From Sphingomonadaceae bacterium (GTDB lineage Bacteria > Chloroflexota > UBA6077): a DNA stretch of 49,368 nucleotides. Below, in pieces: positions 28,295 to 37,902 of the stretch. The position numbers and the translations under genes were made by a program. Numbering within the stretch: position 1 is the stretch's first letter; each line of letters opens with the position of its first letter. Below the pieces are notes generated by a model. It ran no database searches, was not told the origin of the DNA, and saw only the letters and a program-made list of their open reading frames with translations. The stretch is from NCBI GenBank assembly GCA_050261575.1, contig JBLNDL010000005.1, positions 124,001 through 173,368 on the forward strand, read 5' to 3'.

Positions 28295-29854
28295 ATGCCG
28301 ACACTGGACGAGCTTCTGAGAGCGCTGCCCTACGCCCGACTCACGGGTGATCCGAACACCCCCGTTGCGGCCATCGCCTACGACTCCCGTCTGGTGAAGC
28401 CGGGCGACGTCTTCGTGGCGCTGCCGGGCTTCCACAGCGATGGCGCCACCTTCATCCCCGACGCCCTGCGGCGGGGAGCCGTGGCGGTGGTGACCCGCAA
28501 CCCTGAGGCTCGGGTCCCGGAGGGGCTGCCGATGGTGCTGGTCCCCGACCCCCGCCGGGCCTTGGCCGACCTGTCGGCGGCCTTCTACGGCTATCCCGCT
28601 CGCACGCTCAGGGTGATCGGTGTCACCGGCACCGACGGCAAGACCAGCACCACTCACCTGGTGAGCGCTACCCTGGAGGCGATGGGCCACGAGACCGGCT
28701 TCATCACTACCGCCGACGTGAAGGTGGCGGACAGGGTCTGGCATAACGACACACAGCACACCACCCCGGAGCCGGTGGAGGTGCAGGGGTTGATGCGGCA
28801 GATGGTGGATGAAGGCGTGGGCTACGCGGTGCTGGAGTGCAGCTCCCACGCCCTGGCTCTGGATCGCCTGCTCCACTGCGAGTTCGACGCGGCGGTGTTC
28901 ACCAACCTCAGCCCCGAGCATCTGAACTTCCACGGCTCCATGGAGAGCTACCTGCGGGACAAGTCCAGGCTCTTCGCCTTCCTGGACGGGTCGATCTGCA
29001 AGGGTGTGGAGAAGGTGGCGGTGCTGAACGCCGACGATCCCCGCGCGCCTCGACTGCGGGCGGCCACTCGCGCCCGGGCCATCTGGTACGGGCTCGACAC
29101 CCCATCGCCCATCGCTCGCCACCCCTCACTCGGCGCTCGGGATTGGGTGGTGACGGCCACCAACGTGGAGCTGTTGCCCGGCGGCTCGCGCTTCACCCTG
29201 GTTACCCCGAGTGGGTCCATAGCCGTGGAGACCAGGCTCGCCGGGCGGTTCAACGTCTACAACTGGCTGGCTGCGGCGGCGGTGGGGTTGAGCCAGGGGG
29301 CGAGCCTGGACCAGCTCCGCCAGGCGATGGCGCTGGTGGAGGCGGTGCCCGGCCGCATGCAGCGGATCGACTGTGGGCAGCCCTTCAACGTCGTGGTGGA
29401 CTTCGCCCACACCCCTCAGGCCCTGCGGACGGTGCTGGGCACCCTGAGGCCGGTGACGCCGGGGAGGCTGTTCGTCCTGTTCGGCCTCGCGGGCGAGCGC
29501 GACCCCGGCAACCGCTCCGAGATGGGCAGGATAGCCGCCAGCTTCGCCGACTTCGCCATCTTCACGATGGACGACCCCCGCTTCGAGGATCCGATGCGGA
29601 TAGCCGAGCAGATCGCGGTGGGGGCCCGGGCGGAGGGCTGGAGGGAAGGGGAGCACTACCTCAAGATCGCCGACCGGGAGGAGGCGATCCGCGAGGCGTT
29701 CCGGCGGGCCAGGGCCGGGGACACCGTGCTGCTCGCCGGCAAGGGGCACGAGCGGCGACAGGTGATCGGCGACCGCCTCGTCCCCTGGAACGACGCGGAG
29801 GCGGCCACGCGGGTGCTGCGGGAGCTGGTCGGGGAGGCCGGGAGCACCCAATAG
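28295..29854 (+). CDS. murE: UDP-N-acetylmuramoyl-dipeptide diamino-acid ligase MurE
   Basis: YDSRLVKPGDVFVA, GVTGTDGKTST, TTPE, ECSSHAL, FTNLSPEHL.FH, VVDFAHTP, AGKGHE; ATG 28295 after GAGGTG. Confidence 0.93.
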   Translation: MPTLDELLRALPYARLTGDPNTPVAAIAYDSRLVKPGDVFVALPGFHSDGATFIPDALRRGAVAVVTRNPEARVPEGLPMVLVPDPRRALADLSAAFYGYPARTLRVIGVTGTDGKTSTTHLVSATLEAMGHETGFITTADVKVADRVWHNDTQHTTPEPVEVQGLMRQMVDEGVGYAVLECSSHALALDRLLHCEFDAAVFTNLSPEHLNFHGSMESYLRDKSRLFAFLDGSICKGVEKVAVLNADDPRAPRLRAATRARAIWYGLDTPSPIARHPSLGARDWVVTATNVELLPGGSRFTLVTPSGSIAVETRLAGRFNVYNWLAAAAVGLSQGASLDQLRQAMALVEAVPGRMQRIDCGQPFNVVVDFAHTPQALRTVLGTLRPVTPGRLFVLFGLAGERDPGNRSEMGRIAASFADFAIFTMDDPRFEDPMRIAEQIAVGARAEGWREGEHYLKIADREEAIREAFRRARAGDTVLLAGKGHERRQVIGDRLVPWNDAEAATRVLRELVGEAGSTQ

Positions 29855-29871
29855 AGGGTTTCCGCTGCGGC

Positions 29872-30474
29872 TCACTCCGGGTGCATGCTCTCGGCGATCC
29901 GCAGCAGTTCCTCCGGGGGGTAAATGGTGGTCACCACCAGGTGCGCCCCTCCGTGGCGCCATCGCACCTGGTTAACCGCCGCTCCATCCTGCCCGCGTCC
30001 CAGCAGCAGGAGCCCGACCACGCCGTTCACCGCCACATCCCGTCTCTCCAGGACCTCCACCGGCTCCGGGAGGGGGAACGGCAGCGCCTCCTCCGGAGAG
30101 AACACCTCCCGAATCTGCAGCGCCTGCCGGCCGTCCGCAGAAAGGAAGAGCAGCGACACCACCCTGGCGGGCTCCCGCTGGCCACGGACGGAGGCGGGAG
30201 GCCAGGCCAGGCTGGAGGGGAAGTAGGCGGGGAGGAGCGCCCTCACCCCCAGCTCGGCCTCGGCCTCCTCGATGCTGGAGAACTGGAGCCGCTCGGCCAG
30301 CACGGGTGGGGCGGGGGGCGGCCCGCCGGTGAGCCGCTGCCAGTGGGCGGGAACGGCGTTCAGCAGGCGCAGCGCCAGGACGGCGACGGCCACCGTCAGG
30401 AGGAGGGGGGCGAGGATGCCCAGCATCTCCCCGACCAGGTGAGCCGCCCTCGGTTTTGCGCTGATCCTTCTCAT
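29872..30474 (-). CDS. Hypothetical membrane-anchored protein (DUF4367-like extracytoplasmic domain)
   Basis: One TM helix, then FSSIEEAEAELG..LLPAYFP ... ELLRIAESM; start uncertain. Confidence 0.6.
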   Translation of the reverse strand: MRRISAKPRAAHLVGEMLGILAPLLLTVAVAVLALRLLNAVPAHWQRLTGGPPPAPPVLAERLQFSSIEEAEAELGVRALLPAYFPSSLAWPPASVRGQREPARVVSLLFLSADGRQALQIREVFSPEEALPFPLPEPVEVLERRDVAVNGVVGLLLLGRGQDGAAVNQVRWRHGGAHLVVTTIYPPEELLRIAESMHPE

Positions 30475-30593
30475 TTCGGTCCTGAGTCCTGGGTCCTGCC
30501 CAATCGCGGAGTCGGGGTTGTCCCAAGCCCGACGGCCGCCCGTCGACCGCCTGCGTTGCCCCAACCCAGACCCCGTGGTTGCTCGGTCCTCGG

Positions 30594-31589
30594 CTAGTAG
30601 ACCACCAGGGACATCGTGGCCACCACCGACGCCGAGGCCAGCAGCAGCCGCAGCCGGGGGTAGCTGGCGGGGGGCACCTGCTCGGGGTGCACCAGCCGCT
30701 TCAACCGGTCCTCGATCAGGGCTCGGCGGGCCCGATTCTCCAGCGCGGCCGCTCGCCCTGCCGCCCACCGCGGCCGGATCGTGCTACCGTGGTGCGAGGC
30801 TCGGGACGCCCTGTACACCTTGAGGAGGGCGGAGGCCAGGGCCAGGGGCTTGCCGGTGACTCTTCCCGCCTCCGCATCGCACACACTCTCCATGTCGTGC
30901 CCGATCCGGTGGAAGGTGAGCCAGGCCACCGGATTGTAGAAAGAGACCAGCCGGAGCCCGAGGAGGAGCCATCCCAGCCAGTTGTCCCGCCGTCGCACGT
31001 GGGCCAGCTCGTGGGCGATCACTGCCTCCAGCTCCTCGTCGTCCAGCATGTCGACGAGGGCGGTGGTGAGGAGCACGGTCGGGTGTCGCAGCCCGACCGC
31101 GCAGGCGGTGGGATCGGGCCGGTTGGAGAGCTGGATCGAGAAGGGGTGGGCCCCCCTAGCCTCCAGACGGGTTCGGGCGTCCAGGAGGCGTCTCGGCAGG
31201 GGGAGCGGCCCCCTGGCGTCGCGCGGCCTGCGGAGCAGTTGCCGCCAGTGCCCGGCCGCCTCCAGCCCCAGCAGCACGAGTGTCGTGGCGGCCAGGGTGC
31301 CCAGCAGCAGGACCCATCCCGGGTGGGAGATGCTCGGCTCCGGACCCAACCAGTTACGCAGTTGGAGCAGCGCCCACTGCTGGCGGAAGGGGTCCGTTCC
31401 CCAGTTGGGGCTGAGGAGCGGGAAGAGCAGTGGCGCCGCGGGGGGGAGGGCCAGGATCGGCAGGCGGAAGGCCGCCGCCAGCGGTGGGTCCTGCACCCGC
31501 CACAGGCGGAGGAGAGCCTCCAGCATCGCCGTGGCCAGCAGGGAGTAGAACACCGCCAATGCCGAGTACTGCAGCAGGGCAGCCACCAT
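30594..31589 (-). CDS. M56/M48 family membrane zinc metallopeptidase (BlaR1-like)
   Basis: TM helices, ELEAVIAHELAHVRRRDN, E..CD..A, ALASALLK. Confidence 0.85.
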   Translation of the reverse strand: MVAALLQYSALAVFYSLLATAMLEALLRLWRVQDPPLAAAFRLPILALPPAAPLLFPLLSPNWGTDPFRQQWALLQLRNWLGPEPSISHPGWVLLLGTLAATTLVLLGLEAAGHWRQLLRRPRDARGPLPLPRRLLDARTRLEARGAHPFSIQLSNRPDPTACAVGLRHPTVLLTTALVDMLDDEELEAVIAHELAHVRRRDNWLGWLLLGLRLVSFYNPVAWLTFHRIGHDMESVCDAEAGRVTGKPLALASALLKVYRASRASHHGSTIRPRWAAGRAAALENRARRALIEDRLKRLVHPEQVPPASYPRLRLLLASASVVATMSLVVY

Positions 31590-31658
31590 CAGCTTAGGAC
31601 CCTTCAGCGGGAGTAGTAAGAGATCTTACCACCCGAGGGCGCGGCGCGCGACTGGGAG

Positions 31659-31698
31659 CGCGAAGGAGGGGGAGCTGGCCAGCTCCCCCTCCTTCGCG
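31659..31698. terminator. Perfect 40-bp palindrome
   Basis: cgcgaaggagggggagctgg|ccagctccccctccttcgcg just downstream of the cytochrome b stop. Confidence 0.6.
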
Positions 31699-31711
31699 TC
31701 GATCGGAGAGG

Positions 31712-32488
31712 CTACTGGGTGGGGGCCTTCTGCTCCCCGACCAGCAAGCCGTGCGGGGACTCCTTCGCGGCCTCGCGCTCCTCTTCGAGGGCGATCCCCA
31801 TGATCCGAGCGTACTCCAGGGGGTGCTCCTCGATCATTTGCGCCCGCGAGATCTTGCCGGTGAAGATGGAGAGGTCCCCGGGGAAGCGTAGCGGGTTGAA
31901 GTGCGCCCCGTACAAGTGCCAGGTGACGATGACCGAAAAGGCCAGGATGGCCTCCCCGCCGTGCATCTCCCTGGCCGCGGGCACGAAGGCGCCGGGCAGC
32001 AGGAGGGTGGCCTGGGCCGGGAACATCAGGATCAGGCCGGTGGCGATCACGATGATCCCGCCCATGACGACGCCCCAGTACTCGAACTTCTGGCGGAAGT
32101 CGAACCGATCGTACTTGGGGTGCACGGCCGATAGCCCTATACAGTACTTGAAGCACTGGATGGCGTCGGCCGCGTCCTTCAGCCCCGGTATCATGCTGGG
32201 GACGAAGCGACCCTTGGCCATGAGCCAGAATATGTAGGCGAAGTGGTACAGCGCCTCGAGGCAGAAGAGCACGGCGAAGGCCCGGTGGATGAGCCTGGTG
32301 TTCTCGATGCCGCCGAATGCGAGGATCATGGACTGCGCCCAACCGGAGCCGAAGAACTTCTGGGGCAGGCCGGTGGCCACCAGGGCGGTGAAGGAGATCA
32401 TCATCAGCAGGTGCTCGATCCGCTGGCTGAGGCTGAAGCGGACGAACTGCTCCGGCGGCTCGGGTATCTCTCGATACTTGGCTGTCAT
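31712..32488 (-). CDS. Cytochrome b subunit (FdnI/HydC-like)
   Basis: RFSLSQRIEH, TGLPQKF, IHR, QKFEYWG, MHGGEA, WHLY: conserved TM histidines; ATG 32488 after AAGGAG. Confidence 0.85.
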   Translation of the reverse strand: MTAKYREIPEPPEQFVRFSLSQRIEHLLMMISFTALVATGLPQKFFGSGWAQSMILAFGGIENTRLIHRAFAVLFCLEALYHFAYIFWLMAKGRFVPSMIPGLKDAADAIQCFKYCIGLSAVHPKYDRFDFRQKFEYWGVVMGGIIVIATGLILMFPAQATLLLPGAFVPAAREMHGGEAILAFSVIVTWHLYGAHFNPLRFPGDLSIFTGKISRAQMIEEHPLEYARIMGIALEEEREAAKESPHGLLVGEQKAPTQ

Positions 32489-32502
32489 ATGCGTCTCCTT
32501 TG

Positions 32503-33930
32503 TTACCGGTTCCTGGCGATGCGCCATAGATCCACGACGATGTGGAGCATCAGCCCGGTGAGCATGAAGGGTATCATTACCCAGTAGAACGACCTGACCA
32601 GGAAGGGCAGAGGGTTCTTCTCCAGGTTCAGCTCGTAGTGGCCGAGCCAGGCATCCGGGAAGTTGCTGCGGGCATTGGGATGGCACTTCTGGCAGGCCGC
32701 CATCACGTCCTGCCGCAACTGGGCCGGATCGGTGTTCTTGACCGACTTGATGTCGTGGACCCCGTGGCAGTCGGAGCAGACGGCCACGTTGGTCCGGCTA
32801 TCGCTGCCCTGCTTCTTGGTCAGCGCCACCGTGGCCCCGTGGAAGTCCTGGGCGTAGGTCTTGAAGACGTTGGGCGACAGGCCGTACTTGCCCATCATCG
32901 TCGGGTCGGCGTGGCACTTGGCGCACATCTCCGGAGTGTTGAGCCGGAAGGAGGCCGACCCGGTGTCGGCGATCACGTGGGTCCCGTGGCAGTCGGTGCA
33001 CACCGGCACGTCCTGGCCGTCGCCGTTGGCCAGGGCCGCCCCGTGGACGCTCTCGGAGTAGACGGTGTAGGTATCTGCGTGGCACTTGCCGCAGCTCTGG
33101 GAGATCTTGGCCCTCGGCTCGTCGGGCACCGACACGTTGTGATAGCCGTGGCAGTCGGTGCAGAGGGGGGCATCCTGGTTCCCCGAGGCCATGACCTTGT
33201 AGTGCATGCTGTCCAGGGTCTTGGTGTAGTTGGCGAAGTGGCACCGCTTGCAGGCTTCGTACTGGGCGATGGAGTACTCCCGCTTGCTGCCGAATTGGAC
33301 CTTCTTGTGGGGGAAGCCGGTGATGCGGCTGTGGCAGTCGGTGCAGGTCAGCTTGCCCTGGTGGACCGACTTGGCCATCTCGGCCTCGTCGACGAAGAGG
33401 CTCAGCTTCTCCCCGTTGCCCAGTGGCATGGAGAGGTCCGGGTTCTTGTGGCAGTCGATGCAGGTGGGGCCGGGCGCGGTCGATGGCGCGGCGGCCGTCT
33501 TGGATGCCTCCTCCGCCGGTTGCTCGGAGGCGGCCGCCTCCTGGCGTTCGGCCGGCGCCGGCTGGGCGGCGCCCGTGGGTGGTGCCTGAGGCTGCGCGGG
33601 CTCGGGCCGCGGCTCGCTCGGCGGTCGTGCTTCCGGCTTGGCCGGGGCGGGAGCGGCGCTAGCGGCGGGGTGGCAGCCGAGGCACGTGGTGTTGTCGTAG
33701 GCGGCGTGGCTGGCAGGTGAGGGTTTGGCCCCACCCCCCACGGGATGGCACGTGAGGCAGTTCTCCCTGCCCTGGATCTCGTGGGTGGTCTTGGGTTGAA
33801 GGTTCGGTTCCGCGAGAGCCGGCCCCGCGATGGCGAAGGTGGCCGCCAGGGCTGCCGCCATCACAGCCAGCGCGACGGCCAGGCGGCTCTCCACCGACCG
33901 CGTCGTCCGGGGTAGCATCCTTGCTCGCAT
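32503..33930 (-). CDS. Multiheme cytochrome c, 11 CxxCH, signal peptide and C-terminal TM helix
   Basis: CLTCH, CLGCH, Pro/Ala linker, CIDCH, CTDCH, CKRCH, CTDCH, CGKCH, CTDCH, CAKCH, CSDCH, CQKCH. Confidence 0.93.
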   Translation of the reverse strand: MRARMLPRTTRSVESRLAVALAVMAAALAATFAIAGPALAEPNLQPKTTHEIQGRENCLTCHPVGGGAKPSPASHAAYDNTTCLGCHPAASAAPAPAKPEARPPSEPRPEPAQPQAPPTGAAQPAPAERQEAAASEQPAEEASKTAAAPSTAPGPTCIDCHKNPDLSMPLGNGEKLSLFVDEAEMAKSVHQGKLTCTDCHSRITGFPHKKVQFGSKREYSIAQYEACKRCHFANYTKTLDSMHYKVMASGNQDAPLCTDCHGYHNVSVPDEPRAKISQSCGKCHADTYTVYSESVHGAALANGDGQDVPVCTDCHGTHVIADTGSASFRLNTPEMCAKCHADPTMMGKYGLSPNVFKTYAQDFHGATVALTKKQGSDSRTNVAVCSDCHGVHDIKSVKNTDPAQLRQDVMAACQKCHPNARSNFPDAWLGHYELNLEKNPLPFLVRSFYWVMIPFMLTGLMLHIVVDLWRIARNR

Positions 33931-34092
33931 ACTCGCTCCTTAGACATGAGTAGGCGCCAGGGGCCCCGTCCTCAGAGCCCCCTGGCGCCCAATCGTCAGG
34001 CCTGCCTTGCTGTATATCCGTAAGGGTTTGACCGTGAGGGTGCTGCGCGCTCGGCCCTGGGTACTGGGTCCTGAGCGATACCCTCCCGGCCC

Positions 34093-34533
34093 TCAGTTCT
34101 GCTTATCCTGCCACCGTCTCTCGGCGATCTCGTTGGCCAGGTCGACCAGCCTCCCCTCCTCGTCCGTCTCGGGGGCCGCCGTCTGGGCTGGGCGGTCGGC
34201 GGCCGCGCGGGTTCGGGGCTCCAGGTAGGAGACGCCCGGCTGCAGCGAGCCTGCGGCGGCGTGGGCTGCGCTGGGGACCAGGGCGCCTCGCAGCTTGGAG
34301 GCCAGGAAGGGAATCAGCACCAGCAGCCCCGACAGGGGGAGGAAGATGGCGAATGCCAGCCCCATGATCGGTCCCACCACCAACACTATCGGCAATGGGG
34401 CCCGCAGGTAGCGGTCTTTCGGGCCTCCTGCCAGGCGGCCTCCCTCCTTGGGGATCGACACGAACTCCCCCGCGCTCATGCTCCAGTAGATTCCGCCTTC
34501 GACTACATCGCCACCGACGTGTCTGGTGATCAT
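34093..34533 (-). CDS. Hypothetical small membrane protein
   Basis: ATG after AAGGAGG; GGxxVxGGxYW motif then hydrophobic segment PLPIVLVVGPIMGLAFAIFLP. Confidence 0.7.
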   Translation of the reverse strand: MITRHVGGDVVEGGIYWSMSAGEFVSIPKEGGRLAGGPKDRYLRAPLPIVLVVGPIMGLAFAIFLPLSGLLVLIPFLASKLRGALVPSAAHAAAGSLQPGVSYLEPRTRAAADRPAQTAAPETDEEGRLVDLANEIAERRWQDKQN

Positions 34534-34839
34534 CGTGTCCTCCTTCTCCGGGCCTCGCGGCCCCGACTCTCCGCGTTGAGTTGGTGGGCTGCTACCGAGC
34601 CGATGGCCGGTGTCTCTCCGTCGAGCCCGTTGCCGTTTCCTCTTGGTGGCCCAATTGTACCCTGTTGCACGAAGCTGGGAATCGGCAAAACATACTAGTG
34701 CGGGCTGCACAGACACCCTAATTCCACCGGCGCGGGGCAGTAGCCTGAGCACTCGGTTCCGGTGCTCGGTCCTCAGTCCTCCCCCTGTTGGCCTCCGAAC
34801 GTCTGTGGTGTTAGAATGCCGCTCCAGGAGGAGCAGGCC

Positions 34840-36015
34840 ATGAAGATAGCAGCGAAGATGAATCGGCTGGGAATGGAGACCGCCTTCGACGTGCTCGCGC
34901 AGGCGCGGGCGCTGGAGGCACAGGGCAAGCACGTCATTCACCTTGAGATCGGCGAGCCCGATTTCGACACCCCCTCGGCTATCACGATGGCCGCCAAGGA
35001 GGCGCTGGACGGTGGGTTCACCCACTACGGGCCCTCCCAGGGGCTGCCCGAGCTACGTGAGCTCATCGCCGCGGAGGCTTCTGCCTGCAGAGGCATGTCT
35101 TTGGATCCCTCACAGGTGATCGTGACCCCTGGCGCCAAGCCAATCATGTTCTTCACTATCATGGCCTTGGCCGAGGAGGGTGACGAGGTCGTATACCCCG
35201 ATCCGGGCTTCCCCATCTACCGCTCCATGATCGACTTCGTCGGTGCCAAGGCGGTGCCGCTGGAGTTGAGGGAGGATAAGGAGTTCGGGATCGACCTGGC
35301 CGAGCTGCGTTCGAAGATCACCCCGCGCACGAGGCTGCTCATCCTGAACTCGCCCCACAACCCGACCGGGGGCGTGATCCCTCCCGAGCAACTGGAGGAG
35401 ATCGCCGCCCTGGCGGTGGAGCACAACCTCTGGGTGCTCTCGGACGAGGTGTACCGCCGGATCCTCTACGAGGGGCGGCACGTCAGCATCGCCGCTCTGC
35501 CGGGGATGGCCGAGCGGACCATCATCCTGGATGGCTACTCCAAGACGTACGCCATGACGGGCTGGCGGCTCGGCTTCGGCATCGTCCCCGACTCCCTGGT
35601 GATGCACTTCGTGCGGTTGGTGAACAACAGCGTCTCCTGCACCCCCAGCTTCATCCAGCGGGCCGCGCTGGCCTGCCCCGAGACGGAGGCCGACGTGGAG
35701 AAGATGGTGGCGGAGTTCGCCGCCAGACGGAAGGTGGTGGTGGAGGGGTTGAACGCCATCGATGGGATCAGTTGCCGCTGGCCAGCCGGCGCATTCTACG
35801 CCTTCCCCAACGTGACGAAGGTGGGGATGCCCGCCGGGGAGTTCGCCCACTACCTGCTGCACGAGTTCGGCGTGGCCACCCTCTCCGGCACGGCCTTCGG
35901 CCAGGCCGGGGACGGCTACCTGCGGATCTCCTACGCCAACTCGACGGAGAACCTGCGGGAGGCGCTGCGGCGGATCGAGGCCGCGGTGAAGGCGATCCGC
36001 GGGGCTAGGGGGTAG
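34840..36015 (+). CDS. PLP-dependent class I/II aminotransferase (aspartate aminotransferase-like)
   Basis: IGEPDF, LNSPHNPTG, SDEVY, SKTYAMTGWRLG, LRISYA; ATG 34840 after AGGAGG. Confidence 0.93.
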   Translation: MKIAAKMNRLGMETAFDVLAQARALEAQGKHVIHLEIGEPDFDTPSAITMAAKEALDGGFTHYGPSQGLPELRELIAAEASACRGMSLDPSQVIVTPGAKPIMFFTIMALAEEGDEVVYPDPGFPIYRSMIDFVGAKAVPLELREDKEFGIDLAELRSKITPRTRLLILNSPHNPTGGVIPPEQLEEIAALAVEHNLWVLSDEVYRRILYEGRHVSIAALPGMAERTIILDGYSKTYAMTGWRLGFGIVPDSLVMHFVRLVNNSVSCTPSFIQRAALACPETEADVEKMVAEFAARRKVVVEGLNAIDGISCRWPAGAFYAFPNVTKVGMPAGEFAHYLLHEFGVATLSGTAFGQAGDGYLRISYANSTENLREALRRIEAAVKAIRGARG

Positions 36016-36057
36016 CAGGGGCGGCCGGACCGGGGCAAACAGGATCGGATAGAAGTG

Positions 36058-36087
36058 GAGGGGCGGGTCTGATCGGACCCGCCCCTC
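36058..36087. terminator. Stem-loop between convergent genes
   Basis: gaggggcgggtc-tgatcg-gacccgcccctc. Confidence 0.6.
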
Positions 36088-36091
36088 TGCC

Positions 36092-37378
36092 TTAGCGGCC
36101 GTAGCCCAGCATCCGCGGGAGGAAGAGGGTCATGTCGGGCCAGTAGGTGATCGCCAGGAGGGTGGCCACCATCATCCCGAAGAACGGCACTATCCGCTTC
36201 ACCGTATCCTCGATGGGGATACCCGCGATGCCAGAGGCCACGTACAGGCAGCTTCCCACCGGCGGGGTTATGAAGCCGATGCCGAGGTTGGTCACCAGCA
36301 CGATGCCGAAGTGCACGGGATCTATCCCGAGCTGCATGGCGATTGGGAAGAGGATCGGCGCGAAGGTGATCATGGCTGGGGTGACGTCGATGAACATCCC
36401 GACGAACAGCACCAGGATGTTGACCATCATGAGGAAGACCCACGGCTCCTGGGATAACCCGAGCATCACCTGGGTGACGGCGTGCGGGATCCGCTGGGCG
36501 GTGACGATCCAGGCGAAGACCGAGGACATGCCGACCATCAGCATCACCATGCCCGTGAGCCGCGCCGAGCTGACCAGGATCTGTGGCACGTCTCGGGGGT
36601 GGAGTTCTCGGTAGACGAGCATGGAGAGGAACACGCCGTAGACGACCGCGACCACCGCGGACTCCGTGGCGGTGAAAGCGCCGGAGAGGATGCCTCCTAG
36701 AATGATGAGGGGCATCAGCAGGGGAGGAATCGCACCCCAGAAGGATCGGATCGCTTGCCCGCAGGTTGCCCTCTCCTCCCTTGGGAGCCCCTCCCTGCCT
36801 GCCACGTAGTACACCATGACCATCAGGGCGAGCCCCATCAGCGCTCCCGGCATGAACCCGGCCAGGAAGAGGAAGCCGATGGAGGTGCCGGTGGCGACTC
36901 CGTACAGGATCATGATGATGCAGGGGGGAATGAGCACCCCCATGGCGCCGGCCGAGGCCACGATGGCGGTGGCGAGGGGCCGCGGGTAGCCGCGCTTGGC
37001 CATGGAGGGGATCATGATGGAGCCGATGGCGGCGGTGTCGGCTGCGGACGAGCCGGAGATGCCGGAGAAAAAGATGGTGCCCACGATGGAGACCATCCCG
37101 AGGCCTCCCCGTATCCATCCCACGAGGACGCTGGCGAACTGGACTAGGCGCGCGGAGATGCCGCCCGTCTCCATGAAGCCTCCAGCCAGGATGAAGAGCG
37201 GCACCGCGAGCAGGGGGAAGGAGTCCAGCCCAGTGAACATCTTCTGGGCGACGGTGGTGAAGGACATGTTGCCCTGGTATATCATCGCCGCGAGGCTGGC
37301 CAGCCCCATGGCGGCGGCGATGGGGAAGGAGGCAAACAGTAACACGAAGAACGCGATAAACAGTACCCAGGCCATCAT
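36092..37378 (-). CDS. dctM: TRAP transporter large permease
   Basis: SFPLLAVPLFILAG, GISGSSAADTAA, LIPP, FTATES, GIDPVHFG, TPPVG. Confidence 0.93.
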   Translation of the reverse strand: MMAWVLFIAFFVLLFASFPIAAAMGLASLAAMIYQGNMSFTTVAQKMFTGLDSFPLLAVPLFILAGGFMETGGISARLVQFASVLVGWIRGGLGMVSIVGTIFFSGISGSSAADTAAIGSIMIPSMAKRGYPRPLATAIVASAGAMGVLIPPCIIMILYGVATGTSIGFLFLAGFMPGALMGLALMVMVYYVAGREGLPREERATCGQAIRSFWGAIPPLLMPLIILGGILSGAFTATESAVVAVVYGVFLSMLVYRELHPRDVPQILVSSARLTGMVMLMVGMSSVFAWIVTAQRIPHAVTQVMLGLSQEPWVFLMMVNILVLFVGMFIDVTPAMITFAPILFPIAMQLGIDPVHFGIVLVTNLGIGFITPPVGSCLYVASGIAGIPIEDTVKRIVPFFGMMVATLLAITYWPDMTLFLPRMLGYGR

Positions 37379-37902
37379 CCTGCCCCCTGTTCCAACCCCT
37401 GGCTGCTACGTGCCGCCTCGTCGGGCTGCGAGCCGATCCGCTCGGCCCGCCAATGGATGAGCAGGTCCAGCCAGAGGAAGATCATCGACAGCGCACCACC
37501 CACAGGGATCGCCGCGTAGGGGATGCTCATGGGTATGCCGATGGCAGGGGATTCCTGGATCTGGTTCATCTCCGCCAGGTACCAGCCTTCCTTGATCATG
37601 ACGCCCAATAGAAAGGTGGTGCCCAGGGCGATGATCAACTGCATGGCCGACCGGATCGGGGCGGGCAGGCCTTGGACGAACATGGTGATGGCGAAGTGGG
37701 TGCGGTCCTTGAAGGCCACGGCAGCGCCGAGCAGGGCCACCCAGATGAAGAGGAAACGGGCGGTCTCCTCGGTCCAGTGGAGCGGCTGCAGGAAGAAGTA
37801 GCGGAACAGCACCTGAAGGAAAATGACAACGGTCATGACAGCCATCATCACGGCTGCTGTGGAGGCGACGGCGAATCCGAGCCAACGGTTGAGGGCTTTG
37901 AT
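37375..37902 (-). CDS. dctQ: TRAP transporter small permease
   Basis: QVLFRY, WTEETAR..FIW..LLGA, SPAIGIPM; N-terminus probably extends to ATC at 37902 (first canonical start 37851). Confidence 0.88.
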   Translation of the reverse strand: MKALNRWLGFAVASTAAVMMAVMTVVIFLQVLFRYFFLQPLHWTEETARFLFIWVALLGAAVAFKDRTHFAITMFVQGLPAPIRSAMQLIIALGTTFLLGVMIKEGWYLAEMNQIQESPAIGIPMSIPYAAIPVGGALSMIFLWLDLLIHWRAERIGSQPDEAARSSQGLEQGAG

